Positions 1-10,217 of a DNA stretch of 23,198 bases are shown here, in pieces; the first letter of the stretch is position 1, and each line of letters starts with the position of its first letter. Origin of the DNA: Pedosphaera sp. (GTDB lineage Bacteria; Verrucomicrobiota; Verrucomicrobiia; Limisphaerales; SIBH01); the NCBI GenBank assembly GCA_031414955.1, contig JANOQV010000259.1, forward strand, positions 1-23,198. The letters are read 5' to 3'. The notes below the pieces were generated by a model, which had not been told where the DNA came from, did no database searches, and was given only the letters and a program-made list of their open reading frames with translations. The translations under genes were made by a program, and so were the position numbers.

Positions 1-2485
1 TGTGCTGAGTGAACTTCCACTCGGTCTGCGGCGGGAAGGGATGCGCGCCGGCGGGCGTGGTGTCGAGGTTGCCGCCCAGCACGAGCAGCGTGTCGCGGAT
101 GGCCTCGGCGTCGAGACGCTGGCGCGGGAAGGAACTGAGCAGTTCGTTGTTCACGTCGCGCGCGATGGCGTCTTCACTGCGCGCGCTCGCGAGCTGGTAA
201 GTGTGCGAGAGCATGATGACGCGGTGCATCGCCTTAACCGACCAGCCGGACTCGATGAACTTCGACGCCAGCCAGTCGAGCAGTTCGGGATGCGTCGGCG
301 GCTTGCCTTGCTTGCCGAAGTCGTTCGGCGTTGGCACCAAACCTTTGCCGAAATGATGCAGCCAGATGCGGTTCGCCATCACGCGGGCCGTGAGCGGATT
401 GTCGCGCGCCACAATCCATTCCGCGAGTTGGCGGCGTCCGCTCGACTTGTCGGTGGCGGGAATCTCCGCGCCATTCAGCACGGTGAGAAAGCGGCGCGGC
501 ACGACCGGACCGGGCTTGGCCGGATCGCCCTTCTGCTGGAGCGTGACGTTCTCGATCCTCTTCGACTCGGCCACGGCGTAGGCGAGTTCAAACGGCAGAC
601 CCTTCTTCACGAAATCTTTCAGCGCCTGCTCCGCGTCCTTGATTTGCGCTTCGACGGTTTTCTTTTCGTCGCCGGTCTTGTCCTTCACTGAGTCCTTGAG
701 CTTCTGGACGTTCTTGTCCAGGCGGCGCTTCTCCTCGTCGTGTGCCTTCCGCGCGGCGTCGGCCTCGGCGAGTTGGCCCGGCTCGACGAGCGGCACGAGG
801 TCGCGCTGCTTCTGCTCCAGTTCGATGCCCGGCCACGGATAGCGCGTGCTGTGAAAGATGCCGTAGAGCGCGTAGTAATCCGCCGCCGTGATGGGATCGA
901 ACTTATGGTCATGGCAGCGCGCGCAGTTGATCGTGAGGCCGAGGAAGGTGCGCCCGAGATTGTCGATGGTGTCCTCTATGGTGAGGTGCTGAGGGTAATC
1001 ATCCACGCGCGAACCGAAGCGCCGCGCGTTCGCGATGTAGCCGGTGGCGATGAGTCGCTCGTGCGTCTCCGGCGTCGTCGCGCCGGGGAGCAAGTCGCCG
1101 GCGAGTTGCTCCCGCACGAACTGATCGTAAGGCAGGTCGCGGTTGAACGCGCGAATGACCCAGTCGCGGTAGCGGTGCATTTGCGGAATGGGAAAGTCCG
1201 AGTTATCGCCCGCCGTGTCGGCATAGCGCACCACGTCGAGCCAGCAGCGACCCCAGCGTTCGCCGTAGTGCGGCGAGGCGAGCAGACGGTCCACGACCTT
1301 GGCGAAGGCGTTCGCGGATTTGTCTTTGAGAAACGCTTCCACTTCCTCCGGCGTCGGCGGCAAGCCGATCAAGTCGAAGGTCGCGCGGCGGATCAGCACG
1401 CGCTTCTCCGCATCGGCGGCAGGCTGGAGATTCTCCTTCTCCAAGCGCGCGAGGATGAAACGGTCCACGTCATTCGCCGGCCAGCGTTTCTGTTTCACGG
1501 CGGGCACCGGCGGCGCGACCAGCGGACGAAAGGACCACCACTCGCGCGCCTTGTTCCAATCAATCGCCGACTTCGCCTGCGCCGTCGCCACGGTGTCCTC
1601 CGTGCGCGGATCGGGCGCACCCATCTTCACCCACGCTTCCAAATCCGCGATGACGGAAGCCGGAAGTTTCTTCTTCGGCATCGCCAGCTCGGCATCGGTG
1701 TGGCGAATGGCTTGAATCAACAAACTGGCTTCGGGATCACCGGGCGTGATGGCCGCGCCGGTGTCGCCGCCCTTGATAACGCCAGCGCGTGAGTCGAGCA
1801 CGAGGCCGCCCTTGATCTTCTTCGCGCTCGCGCTGTGGCATTCGTAGCAATGCTCGACGAGCACGGGCCGCACCTTACGCTCGAAAAATTCCATATGCTC
1901 CGGCGTGAGCGTCATCACGAACTGCACGCCCGCCAGCACCGGAATCGCACCATCGCCCGACCACACTTCGAGTCCCGAGAGATTCGCCGCGCCGTGGCTC
2001 GACGCACGCGCAGACACTTTGAGTTTCCCTTTCACACTCTCGGCCTTCCACGGGCCGAGCTTCTTCCACGCGCCCGCCGTGCCGCTGTTGAACTTCTCCA
2101 GCACCGCCTTGTCGTTCACCAGCAAGTCGAACTGCTCGTTGATGGTGTCCTCCCAGACGTAGAGAAAAATCTGATACGCGCCCTCGGGCACGTTGGTCAG
2201 TTCCACGCTCACCTTGTCGCCCCAGACGCTGCTGCGAATCATCCGCGCGCGATTCGGATCGGTGGCCGGCTTGAGCGCCACGGCCTGGTTCTCAAACTTC
2301 TTTCCGCTGATGACGACGTTGGTGGCGTTGGTGCCCTCCCACGGGCGCCCGTCGATCTCCAGCGCCGGGCCATTCAGATTTACGCCCCGAAAGAAGGTCG
2401 CATCCGCCGCCCGCAAAGCGACCGGCAAAACGAGCCAGCCGATCAAAGGCAGGACACGAAGCATGAGCTGGCGAAAGAGTGGCAT
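1..2485 (-). CDS. PSD1/planctomycete cytochrome c domain protein (PSCyt1 + DUF1549 + DUF1553) with an extra N-terminal beta-rich domain; 3' end runs off the window
   Basis: Missing from the ORF track because it has no stop in the window. Manual translation from ATG 2485 gives signal peptide MPLFRQLMLRVLPLIGWLVLPVALRA, then FFERKVRPVLVEHCYECH (CxxCH), YGERWGRCWLDVVRYAD (DUF1549-like), CARCHDHKFDPI, and NPLTARVMANRIWLHHFGKGL...PTHPELLDWLA (DUF1553-like). Confidence 0.92.
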   Translation of the reverse strand, partial: MPLFRQLMLRVLPLIGWLVLPVALRAADATFFRGVNLNGPALEIDGRPWEGTNATNVVISGKKFENQAVALKPATDPNRARMIRSSVWGDKVSVELTNVPEGAYQIFLYVWEDTINEQFDLLVNDKAVLEKFNSGTAGAWKKLGPWKAESVKGKLKVSARASSHGAANLSGLEVWSGDGAIPVLAGVQFVMTLTPEHMEFFERKVRPVLVEHCYECHSASAKKIKGGLVLDSRAGVIKGGDTGAAITPGDPEASLLIQAIRHTDAELAMPKKKLPASVIADLEAWVKMGAPDPRTEDTVATAQAKSAIDWNKAREWWSFRPLVAPPVPAVKQKRWPANDVDRFILARLEKENLQPAADAEKRVLIRRATFDLIGLPPTPEEVEAFLKDKSANAFAKVVDRLLASPHYGERWGRCWLDVVRYADTAGDNSDFPIPQMHRYRDWVIRAFNRDLPYDQFVREQLAGDLLPGATTPETHERLIATGYIANARRFGSRVDDYPQHLTIEDTIDNLGRTFLGLTINCARCHDHKFDPITAADYYALYGIFHSTRYPWPGIELEQKQRDLVPLVEPGQLAEADAARKAHDEEKRRLDKNVQKLKDSVKDKTGDEKKTVEAQIKDAEQALKDFVKKGLPFELAYAVAESKRIENVTLQQKGDPAKPGPVVPRRFLTVLNGAEIPATDKSSGRRQLAEWIVARDNPLTARVMANRIWLHHFGKGLVPTPNDFGKQGKPPTHPELLDWLASKFIESGWSVKAMHRVIMLSHTYQLASARSEDAIARDVNNELLSSFPRQRLDAEAIRDTLLVLGGNLDTTPAGAHPFPPQTEWKFTQH

Positions 2486-2617
2486 AGGTGTGTTCGCAAG
2501 TTGGATAGCAAGGTCACCGGGCTGATTCAATCAAGTTGCCAGGTGACAGGTCTGCACGGGCCGCAGCGCAAATCAGAAGCGGGCTGGTTGGAGCAAAGCG
2601 TTTCATTTCTCGACTGC

Positions 2618-3793
2618 TCAACTCACGACCGGCCACTTGAAGGTCGAGTCGAGCGTGATGCGCCGGCCATTGGCCGATGACTCGCGCGCCGCCGTGATGA
2701 TTTCCAAAACGTGCAGCGCGTGCTCCGGCGTCGCGAGCAACTCCTTGCCGGTGACCAGGCACTCCGCCGCGAGTGCCGCCCCCTGCTGCCAGACATAGCC
2801 CTGCGCATCGGTGACGTGCCGCTCCAACTTCGGCTGGTCGTGGGTCGCGAAGTCCACGCCCAGCGGCGCCCAATCGTAGCCGACCAGGCCCATGAACCCG
2901 GCCGAACCGACGATGCTGATGGTGTGCCGCGTCTCCTTGCTGCCGTCGTGGCCGTGCGGGTTAAAGTAATTAAACCCGGACTGCACATGCGAAATAATCC
3001 CCTTCCCATGATCGAGCAACACCATCGCGTTGTCCTCCTCGGTCACCTTGATCCGGCCCTTGTCGCGGATGTCGCGCTCCGGCGTGACGATGCTCAACAT
3101 GGCGCTCACCCGCTGCCCCGGGCCGAGCAGTCCGGTGAGGGTGGTGAGATTGTAAACCGCGAGGTCGGGCAAACTCCCGCCGCCCTTCTCGTAGAAGAAC
3201 GACGACCAGTCCGGGCCTTCGTGTCCGTAATCCGCGTGCGCCGCCGCGACGCGACCGAGCTTGCCCGCCACGAGTTGCTTCGCCATGAAGGCGAACTGCG
3301 GACTCTGCACCGTGATGGGCGCGCCCCACAGGCGCAGCTTCTTCTTCAAGGCCAGTTGCAACAGCTTCTGTCCGGCGGCGAGCGAGTTGGCAATCGGCTT
3401 CTCGCTCCAGACATGTTTGCCTGCTTCGAGCGCGCGACGATTGATCTTCTCGTGCTCCTGCATGTCGGTGGTATCGACGAGGAAATCAAACGGCTCGCCG
3501 GCGAGCATCGCGTCGATGTGCGGATAATGATGCGCGACCTTGAACCGCTCCGCCTGGCGCTTGGCGCGCTCCGGCTTGATGTCGCACACGCTGACGACTT
3601 CGACGAACGGGCATTTCGTCAATTGCGGGAGGTATTGGTTTGAAACGCTCCCGCAGCCAATCAAGCCGGTGCGAATACGCTTCGCCGGCGCGTCCGCCGC
3701 GAGCGTGCCGACCGCGCCCGAGGCCAGCGCAGCCCCGGCGAGCAAAGTGGTTTTGGTGAAGTCACGACGAGTGAGTGCAGATGATGTGTTCAT
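2618..3793 (-). CDS. Gfo/Idh/MocA family oxidoreductase with Tat signal peptide
   Basis: LTRRDFTK twin-arginine motif followed by a hydrophobic stretch; GLIGCGSVS Rossmann motif; KHVWSEKP (EKP) motif. Confidence 0.92.
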   Translation of the reverse strand: MNTSSALTRRDFTKTTLLAGAALASGAVGTLAADAPAKRIRTGLIGCGSVSNQYLPQLTKCPFVEVVSVCDIKPERAKRQAERFKVAHHYPHIDAMLAGEPFDFLVDTTDMQEHEKINRRALEAGKHVWSEKPIANSLAAGQKLLQLALKKKLRLWGAPITVQSPQFAFMAKQLVAGKLGRVAAAHADYGHEGPDWSSFFYEKGGGSLPDLAVYNLTTLTGLLGPGQRVSAMLSIVTPERDIRDKGRIKVTEEDNAMVLLDHGKGIISHVQSGFNYFNPHGHDGSKETRHTISIVGSAGFMGLVGYDWAPLGVDFATHDQPKLERHVTDAQGYVWQQGAALAAECLVTGKELLATPEHALHVLEIITAARESSANGRRITLDSTFKWPVVS

Positions 3794-3863
3794 GGGCCTT
3801 GTTTGGTTTGGGGTTAATCAGTGCTGGGTTTCACCAGCAAACTCAGCAGGACAATTATAGTTC

Positions 3864-4637
3864 TCATTTGAACGCGGAGAAGTCCGTAGGTGTGAGTTTG
3901 TAGGCGGTAACGCCGGAACGGAGTTTGCCGCCGGCCTCGGTTTCCTTCTCGATGCGGATCCATTCCTCGTCTTTGTGGAATTTACTGATCGATTTCTGAA
4001 TCGCCGGGATGCTCTCTCCCGCCAGCAGACAGATGAATTGATCATTCCCGTCAGCATCCTTCTGCTCCGCGACCCACCAGCCTAGGCTGTGCAAGCCGTG
4101 GCGTTCGTAGATCGGCACGGTGAAATCGCGCCAGCGATTGCGGAAGGCGTCGAGCTTGCCGGGCAGCACGGAGTAGATGCGGAGGTCGAACGCACGCGCC
4201 GGATTTGCCGACGTGAAATCAAACTTCGCCGACGCATCCACCGTGAGCGGAAAAGTGACAATCTTGTCCACTGTCTTGCCGTGCTTCTCATTCGATGCTG
4301 CGTAGCCCTTCTTGAAATCCGGGTCGGCGCCGAACTCCTTCTCCTGTTTCTGCAACTTCTCCTTGCTCGTCGCCGCCATCAGATACGCGAACGTCCCGCC
4401 GTTTGTGATCCCCGTCGCGGACCAGTAGCCGACCGTCTTGATCCCATGCTTGCGCCGCACCGGCTCCACCGTGTCGCGGAACCGCTCCAACAGGCCGTCC
4501 ATCTTGTTCGAGGTGACGGTGTAGATGCGGAGTTCGTAATTGTTGCGCGCCGGCGGTTCCGCGCGGGCGGATGGATCCGGCAACGCGGCAACGGCCGCAA
4601 GCACGGCCCAGACGGATGCTATTGACACGCGGTTCAT
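3864..4637 (-). CDS. NIPSNAP family protein (two tandem NIPSNAP domains, signal peptide)
   Basis: Two copies: YELRIYTV...RFRD...KHGIKTVGYW and FDLRIYSV...RWRD...RHGLHSLGWW; C-terminal LTPTDFS. ATG at 4637 gives the hydrophobic leader MNRVSIASVWAVLAAVAA. Confidence 0.85.
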   Translation of the reverse strand: MNRVSIASVWAVLAAVAALPDPSARAEPPARNNYELRIYTVTSNKMDGLLERFRDTVEPVRRKHGIKTVGYWSATGITNGGTFAYLMAATSKEKLQKQEKEFGADPDFKKGYAASNEKHGKTVDKIVTFPLTVDASAKFDFTSANPARAFDLRIYSVLPGKLDAFRNRWRDFTVPIYERHGLHSLGWWVAEQKDADGNDQFICLLAGESIPAIQKSISKFHKDEEWIRIEKETEAGGKLRSGVTAYKLTPTDFSAFK

Positions 4638-4746
4638 GGCGTTACCTTCGCGAAACCGCCCGCCTGCGCCTAGCACAAGGGAGTTAAAAAACTAGGACGA
4701 TTTGTTTCATCGGCGGCTCGACAGATCGAGAAGGCGCGCCTGCCTG

Positions 4747-6165
4747 TCAGCGCCCGGGCTTCACTGCCAGCGGGGGACGATACACACGTATCGCTGCGAT
4801 GGGCGAGGCGTCGGAGCCGGAGATTTCCAGCGTGTGCTTCGTGTTCGGCAAGCCTTGGGCCAGCGTGACGGCGGTTTCGGTGGACGCATCTTTCACGCCC
4901 GGTGAGGAGAACTCATCCACGAAGCGTGGTTCGACGCGCCACTTCACATCGAACTTCTCAGGCACGGGCTTGATGCCCGCGAGGCTCATCGCGTAGGCGA
5001 CATTCCAATTATTCGTTTCGATCACGATGCGGCCGGACTTCGAGACGAAGCGCGCTTCGGACCGGCCTTCGCCATCGGGGCCAGTCTTCGATCCAGTGAG
5101 TGTGAAGCTGAAGAGCTTGTCGTGCGCAACGTCCTTCGCGACGGCCAGCGACCATTCCTCGACGAGCAATGGCTTCTGCGAACTGATGGGGGCGATGACC
5201 GGCCACTTCACGAGCCACTTGCCTTCCGGTTTCGACACGGCGCGGGTGAATCCGTAAAGCTCCGTGAACTCGGAGGGCTTGCGTCCGTCAATGAGCACGG
5301 TGGCCGGAGCGGCGGTTCCGGATTTGCAAATCACTTCCACGCGGCTGCCGTCGAAGTCGAGCCGCAGTTTGCCGTCCGTCCAGCGCACGTCCTTGCCCAC
5401 CTCGTAAGTCTTCACCCAACTCTCGGCGGGCGACGGGCCGAGCTTCGGATCGTAGCGCAGACAAGCCTTCACGCACTCGGCCATGAGCCATTCGCCGTAG
5501 GCATTGAGATGCACGCTGTCGCGCAGCAATGCCTTCGGCTCCAGCTTGTTCTCGGTGAGATACGCCTTCCAGAGCGCACGCTGGTCGCACAATTCCGCGC
5601 CATACTTCTTCGCGAGCGACGGCAGCCAGTTGTGATTCATGAAGGCGTCCCAATGCTTGCCTGCGGGCGGGAGCTTGGCCGCGTCCGTTTCCTCGGTGAA
5701 ATCCGCCGGCTTCGTGACGTGATCGTTCTGCATCAAGACCTCCGCCGTGGTGCGTTCGCGCGTGCGGCGGATGATGTCCTCATATTTGTCGTGCGCGCCA
5801 TAGACGTGGAAGATGAGCAGGTCGGGCTGGAACGGATACAGGTCGGTTTCCGCCGTCTTCACCAGCATCTGCGACGCGAACCCGCCGAGCGCGCGATTCT
5901 CGATGATGAGGTTCGCGTGCGGGAAGCGTCGCCGCAAATCCTCCTCCACCAACTTCGCCCACTTCTGCTCCGTGATGGATTGCCCGTAGAACAGAATGCG
6001 CACCGTGTTGCGCTGCTCCGCCGTGCTCGTGGCCAGCAGCCGCATCGTGCGCTGGATGCTCCCACCCCTCCCACCGAGATCGGGAAAATTTGGCGGCGGA
6101 TAAGCAGCGGCCGGGGCGCGCAAGAAGAACGGCAACAACAAGGCGATCAAGATTGGCGTGGGCAT
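4747..6165 (-). CDS. SGNH/GDSL-like hydrolase, secreted, with a C-terminal beta-rich domain
   Basis: Block I FYGQSIT, block II NRALGG, block V DSVHLN; N-terminal signal peptide. Start is ATG 6165 or TTG 6174. Confidence 0.78.
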   Translation of the reverse strand: MPTPILIALLLPFFLRAPAAAYPPPNFPDLGGRGGSIQRTMRLLATSTAEQRNTVRILFYGQSITEQKWAKLVEEDLRRRFPHANLIIENRALGGFASQMLVKTAETDLYPFQPDLLIFHVYGAHDKYEDIIRRTRERTTAEVLMQNDHVTKPADFTEETDAAKLPPAGKHWDAFMNHNWLPSLAKKYGAELCDQRALWKAYLTENKLEPKALLRDSVHLNAYGEWLMAECVKACLRYDPKLGPSPAESWVKTYEVGKDVRWTDGKLRLDFDGSRVEVICKSGTAAPATVLIDGRKPSEFTELYGFTRAVSKPEGKWLVKWPVIAPISSQKPLLVEEWSLAVAKDVAHDKLFSFTLTGSKTGPDGEGRSEARFVSKSGRIVIETNNWNVAYAMSLAGIKPVPEKFDVKWRVEPRFVDEFSSPGVKDASTETAVTLAQGLPNTKHTLEISGSDASPIAAIRVYRPPLAVKPGR

Positions 6166-6386
6166 CGTTTTCAAGGTGCGTTGGACGCTCCATCGCGCCG
6201 ATTCATTTGATGCACTTCACCCAGGAGAAACCCGCCGACTGAGGAGTCAAGGAGGCTGCGACGAGGCCAGACCAAGCTGATCATCCGTTGGAACAGGGGC
6301 GGGAGGAGGAACCGCGCTCGATAAACTCGCCCTGAGTCCGGAGCCTCTTGCTCAAAGGACGAGGCGATTTTGCCGACAGGCTTCTC

Positions 6387-7181
6387 ATGACAACACGCCC
6401 GCGGGCTGTAATCACGTTCTGGGCGGTCTATACTTTGGTGCTGGCCGCTGGTTCGCGCGCCTGGACGGCAGAGGCCGGAAACGTGGATTACGCCCAGCCG
6501 GAGTTGTTGACCGGCACGGTGTACGAAACGGCCTCGGGCACGAACAAGATTCTCTACCAATTCACGCGCACCGCCGCGCGGTCGAACCTCACCGTGCGCG
6601 TGACCCGGGAATTCTCTTATCCGAATGGCTCTCTCGCGGCGCGGGAGGAAATGGTTTACGAGCGGGGCCGCCTGGCCTCATTCCACCTGGAGGAGAAGCA
6701 GACTGGCGCGCACGGCAGCATGAAAGTTGGGCACGATCCGGAAAATCCCACGAAGAAAATGTTACTATTTGACTGGACCGCCAACGCCGACGAAAGCGGC
6801 ACGAGAAAAACAGATGACGAAGCGTTCCAGTCCGATTCTCTGGTCGCGGATATGATTCCCGAGTTCATCCGCGCCCATTGGAACGAGTTGGCGCGCGGCC
6901 AGGCCGTGAACTTTCGCTATGTGGCCCAGTCGCGGCTGGAGACGGTCGGCTTCAAGCTGGTGAAGGAATCCGAGGTGACCGCGCGCGGCCTTCCGGCGCT
7001 GCGGATCAGGATGCAGGCCTCGAGTTTCATTATCGCGCAGATTGTGGACCCGCTTTTCTTCGTGGTGGAAAAGGCTGATCCACATCGAATCCTGGAATAC
7101 GAGGGCCGCACCACGCCCAAGCGGCGCGAAGGCAGCAAGTGGAAGGACTTGGACGCGCGAACGGTTTACGACTGGAAGTAA
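6387..7181 (+). CDS. Hypothetical exported protein
   Basis: Typical codon usage; ATG 6387 is followed by a signal-peptide-like segment (MTTRPRAVITFWAVYTLVLAAGSRAWTA); beta-rich globular sequence; no family recognised with certainty. Confidence 0.75.
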   Translation: MTTRPRAVITFWAVYTLVLAAGSRAWTAEAGNVDYAQPELLTGTVYETASGTNKILYQFTRTAARSNLTVRVTREFSYPNGSLAAREEMVYERGRLASFHLEEKQTGAHGSMKVGHDPENPTKKMLLFDWTANADESGTRKTDDEAFQSDSLVADMIPEFIRAHWNELARGQAVNFRYVAQSRLETVGFKLVKESEVTARGLPALRIRMQASSFIIAQIVDPLFFVVEKADPHRILEYEGRTTPKRREGSKWKDLDARTVYDWK

Positions 7182-7216
7182 CAGCCCTGGGATTCAGGCG
7201 TCCGCGCGATCCTGGC

Positions 7217-8188
7217 TCAATCCGGATACCCGTTGGGGTTTTTGACATGCCAGTGCCAGGCGGAATCAACCATCTGGCCCAACTTGGGAAATTTAGGTCG
7301 CCAGCCCAGGTCCGTCTTGGCCCGGAAGGCGGTGGCCACAAGTCTCGGCGGATCGCCCGCCCGGCGTGGCATCGAGACAAAAGGGATTTTTTTACCGCTG
7401 ACTTCCTCACACATCCGGATGACCTCGCGCACGGAATAGCCATCGCCATTGCCGAGGTTGAAAAAGCCCTTCTTGGCCGGGTCGAGGGCGAGCATGTGGG
7501 CCTGCGCCAGGTCGATGATATGGATGTAATCACGGACGCAGGTGCCGTCGGGCGTCGGGTAATCCGTGCCGTAAATCTCGCACTGCTCGGACTGGCCGAG
7601 CGCGACCTTGAGCACATTGGGAATCAGGTGCGTTTCAACGCGGTGATGTTCCCCAAATTGCACCGAGGCTCCGGCGGCGTTGAAATAACGCAGCGCGACA
7701 AAATCGATGCCATGCAACTGTTGATACCATTGGAGAATCTTTTCAAACATGAGCTTGGATTCACCGTAGGGATTGATGGGGCGTTGCGGCGTGTCTTCTG
7801 AAATCGGCACCTTTTCCGGCGGGCCGTAGGTGGCGCAAGTCGAGCTGAAGATGAACTTTTTCACTCCGGCGGCGGCGCAGGCATCGAGCAGTTTCACGCC
7901 GTTGCCCACGTTGTTGCCAAAATACTTGCCGGGGTTGGTCATGGACTCGCCAACCAGGGCATTGGCGGCGAAATGCATGACCGCTTCGGCCTGGGCCGCG
8001 AGCAGGCAACTGGTCACCAAGTCCTGATCCGCCAGATCGCCCTGGATGAACTGCGCGCGCGGGTCCACGGCCGAACGGTGTCCCTCGGAAAGGTTGTCGA
8101 GCACGGTGACGGCATGGCCCGCGTTCAACATTTCCTCCACACAGATCGAACCGATGTAACCCGCCCCGCCCGTGACAAACACATTCAT
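7217..8188 (-). CDS. galE: UDP-glucose 4-epimerase
   Basis: MNVFVTGGAGYIGS, HFAA, FSSTCATYG, YGESK (YxxxK), LRYFNAAGA, DGTCVRDYIH. Start set at ATG 8188. Confidence 0.95.
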   Translation of the reverse strand: MNVFVTGGAGYIGSICVEEMLNAGHAVTVLDNLSEGHRSAVDPRAQFIQGDLADQDLVTSCLLAAQAEAVMHFAANALVGESMTNPGKYFGNNVGNGVKLLDACAAAGVKKFIFSSTCATYGPPEKVPISEDTPQRPINPYGESKLMFEKILQWYQQLHGIDFVALRYFNAAGASVQFGEHHRVETHLIPNVLKVALGQSEQCEIYGTDYPTPDGTCVRDYIHIIDLAQAHMLALDPAKKGFFNLGNGDGYSVREVIRMCEEVSGKKIPFVSMPRRAGDPPRLVATAFRAKTDLGWRPKFPKLGQMVDSAWHWHVKNPNGYPD

Positions 8189-8363
8189 GCGCGCGAAATA
8201 TGCGGCGCGGGCCGGCGAGCGCAATACGTTTCCCAGTGAAGAGAGCCGGAACCTGGCCCGGCCCTGCGACATGTCAGGCCGACGGGCGGCTACGCCCCGG
8301 AAAATTGCACCCGAACTGATTTACCGCTTGCACGCTCCCGGCTTGGCGAGCACAACACCGCCC

Positions 8364-8936
8364 ATGCTGCTCTGGCGCGAACCTCTGCCGGCCGACTGGC
8401 TGCCGAAGGTGCTCGGCAACCTGCCGGCCGTGCTGGTCGATCACGCCCACCTCGAACGCAAGGCGGCGACCAGCGCCCTCAACCTGGAGAAGTATCGCGA
8501 TCTCTATGGGCGGGTGGAGGAATTGAACGCGATTGCCATCGAGGAGTTGCAGCACTTCCAGCTCGTGCTCGACTTGCTGCGACGGCGCGGCATTGCCTTC
8601 GGCCAGCCTTATCCGAGCGCATGGATCGCGGGGCTGATGCGAGCGGTGCGCCCGGGCATTCGCCATCAGGCGGTGGATCACCTGATCTGCTGTTCGCTCA
8701 TCGAAGGGCGCAGTTGCGAGAAGTTTCAAATCCTGGCCCAAGCTCTGGCGCAGGTTGACCCTGAACTGGCGCGGTTCTACGCCAGTCTCGTCGAGTCCGA
8801 AGGGAATCATTACGCGACCTACCTTCTCATGGCGCGGGCCATCGACGACGCCGAGACCGACCGCCGGCTGGATTTTTTCCTCGATCTGGACGCGCAGTTG
8901 ATGCGCAAGCCGAATCCGCTGCCCATTCTGCACTGA
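8364..8936 (+). CDS. miaE: tRNA-(ms2io6A37) hydroxylase MiaE (ferritin-like di-iron protein)
   Basis: LVDHAHLERKAA, EELQHF, LIEGRSCEKF and YASLVESEGNHY match the MiaE di-iron ligand pattern; ATG at 8364. Confidence 0.88.
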   Translation: MLLWREPLPADWLPKVLGNLPAVLVDHAHLERKAATSALNLEKYRDLYGRVEELNAIAIEELQHFQLVLDLLRRRGIAFGQPYPSAWIAGLMRAVRPGIRHQAVDHLICCSLIEGRSCEKFQILAQALAQVDPELARFYASLVESEGNHYATYLLMARAIDDAETDRRLDFFLDLDAQLMRKPNPLPILH

Positions 8937-8985
8937 ATTCCCTGGGCGTGTTTCAGTTCCCCCGGTCGCCGCCGATAAGCAAGGC

Positions 8986-9357
8986 GTGGCTGAACCGCGC
9001 AAAACCATCATGGTGATAGAGGATAATCCCGAGCTGCGTTCCATGATCGCCGATCTGCTTTACGCCAGCGGCTACATCGTCTTTTCCGCCGAGGACGCCC
9101 CGGCGGCGTGCCATCTGGCGCGCACGCTGCGGCCGGCGGCGGTGCTGTGCGACGTCAAGCTGCCGACCGGGACTGGATTTGAGGCGGCCACGAAGCTGCA
9201 ACAAGATCCCGAGACGCGCCGCATTCCCATCATCCTCATGAGCGGCCACCACGAGTGCGAAGACCGGCGCCCGGCCACGGGTCGCTGGTTGAGCAAACCG
9301 TTCACGAGTGAACAGCTCAACCACGTCCTGGAAGAAGCCGTCGCGCTGCCGACCTGA
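8986..9357 (+). CDS. Single-domain response regulator (receiver domain)
   Basis: IMVIEDN acidic pocket, LCDVKLP phospho-acceptor Asp, LMSG, LSKPF; no output domain. Confidence 0.88.
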   Translation: MAEPRKTIMVIEDNPELRSMIADLLYASGYIVFSAEDAPAACHLARTLRPAAVLCDVKLPTGTGFEAATKLQQDPETRRIPIILMSGHHECEDRRPATGRWLSKPFTSEQLNHVLEEAVALPT

Positions 9358-9487
9358 GCCGGAGCTCCGCTGGCGGCGCTGCAAGCACGCCGTGCCCTCC
9401 CCACGCTGCGGCGGCAAAACGTGCCCGGCGTCGGCTCCATCACTTTTCGCGTTCCACCCCGCGCGATTCCCGCTACAACCTCGGCGC

Positions 9488-10198
9488 ATGAATCGAACCG
9501 TAGTCATCACCGGTGCCGGCAGCGGCGTGGGCCGGGCCACCGCCCTCGCGCTGGCGAAACAGAACTGGCAACTGGCCTTGCTCGGGCGCACCACGTCCAC
9601 GCTCGAAGAAACCGCCCGGCTGACCGGACTCTCCTCCGACCGGCTCCTGATTCACCGCTGTGACATCGGTCGCGCCGAAGAGGTGCAGGCGATGGCCGGT
9701 GCTGTTCTGGGCAAATTCCAAACCGTGGACGCACTGGTGAATGCCGCCGGCACCAACGCCCCCCAGCGCGCCCTCGAAGTGCTCTCCCTCGCCGACTATC
9801 ACGCGATGATCGATACCAACCTGCACGGCGCGTATTATTGCGTGCAGGCGTTTCTGCCCCAGATGCGCGCACGCCAGTCCGGCACCATCGTCAACATCGT
9901 TTCGGACGCGGGCAAACAGGCCAGTCCCAAGGCCGGGCCGGGCTACGTGATTTCCAAGTTTGGCCTGGCCGGCTTGACCCAGAGCATCAATGCCGAGGAG
10001 CGGGGCCACGGGGTGCGGGCCTGTGCCATTTTCCCCGGCGACATTGACACCCCGTTGCTCGACAAACGCCCCACCCCGCCACCCGCCGAGGCCCGCGCCC
10101 GCATGATGCTGCCCGAGGACATCGCGGAATGCGCACTGCTCGCCATCAATCTGCCGCCCCGGGCCATCGTGGAGGAACTCATTGTCCGCCCGCGTTGA
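9488..10198 (+). CDS. SDR family oxidoreductase
   Basis: VITGAGSGVG, LVNAAG, YVISK (YxxxK), FPGDIDT; ATG at 9488. Confidence 0.93.
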   Translation: MNRTVVITGAGSGVGRATALALAKQNWQLALLGRTTSTLEETARLTGLSSDRLLIHRCDIGRAEEVQAMAGAVLGKFQTVDALVNAAGTNAPQRALEVLSLADYHAMIDTNLHGAYYCVQAFLPQMRARQSGTIVNIVSDAGKQASPKAGPGYVISKFGLAGLTQSINAEERGHGVRACAIFPGDIDTPLLDKRPTPPPAEARARMMLPEDIAECALLAINLPPRAIVEELIVRPR

Positions 10199-10217
10199 AG
10201 CGCTGGCTTTCCTCATT

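Noticed and set aside
2..2680. Long plus-strand ORFs 2-691, 740-1792 and 1835-2680
   Set aside because: They are antisense shadows of the minus-strand cytochrome gene, typical of GC-rich DNA: Arg-rich and without motifs.
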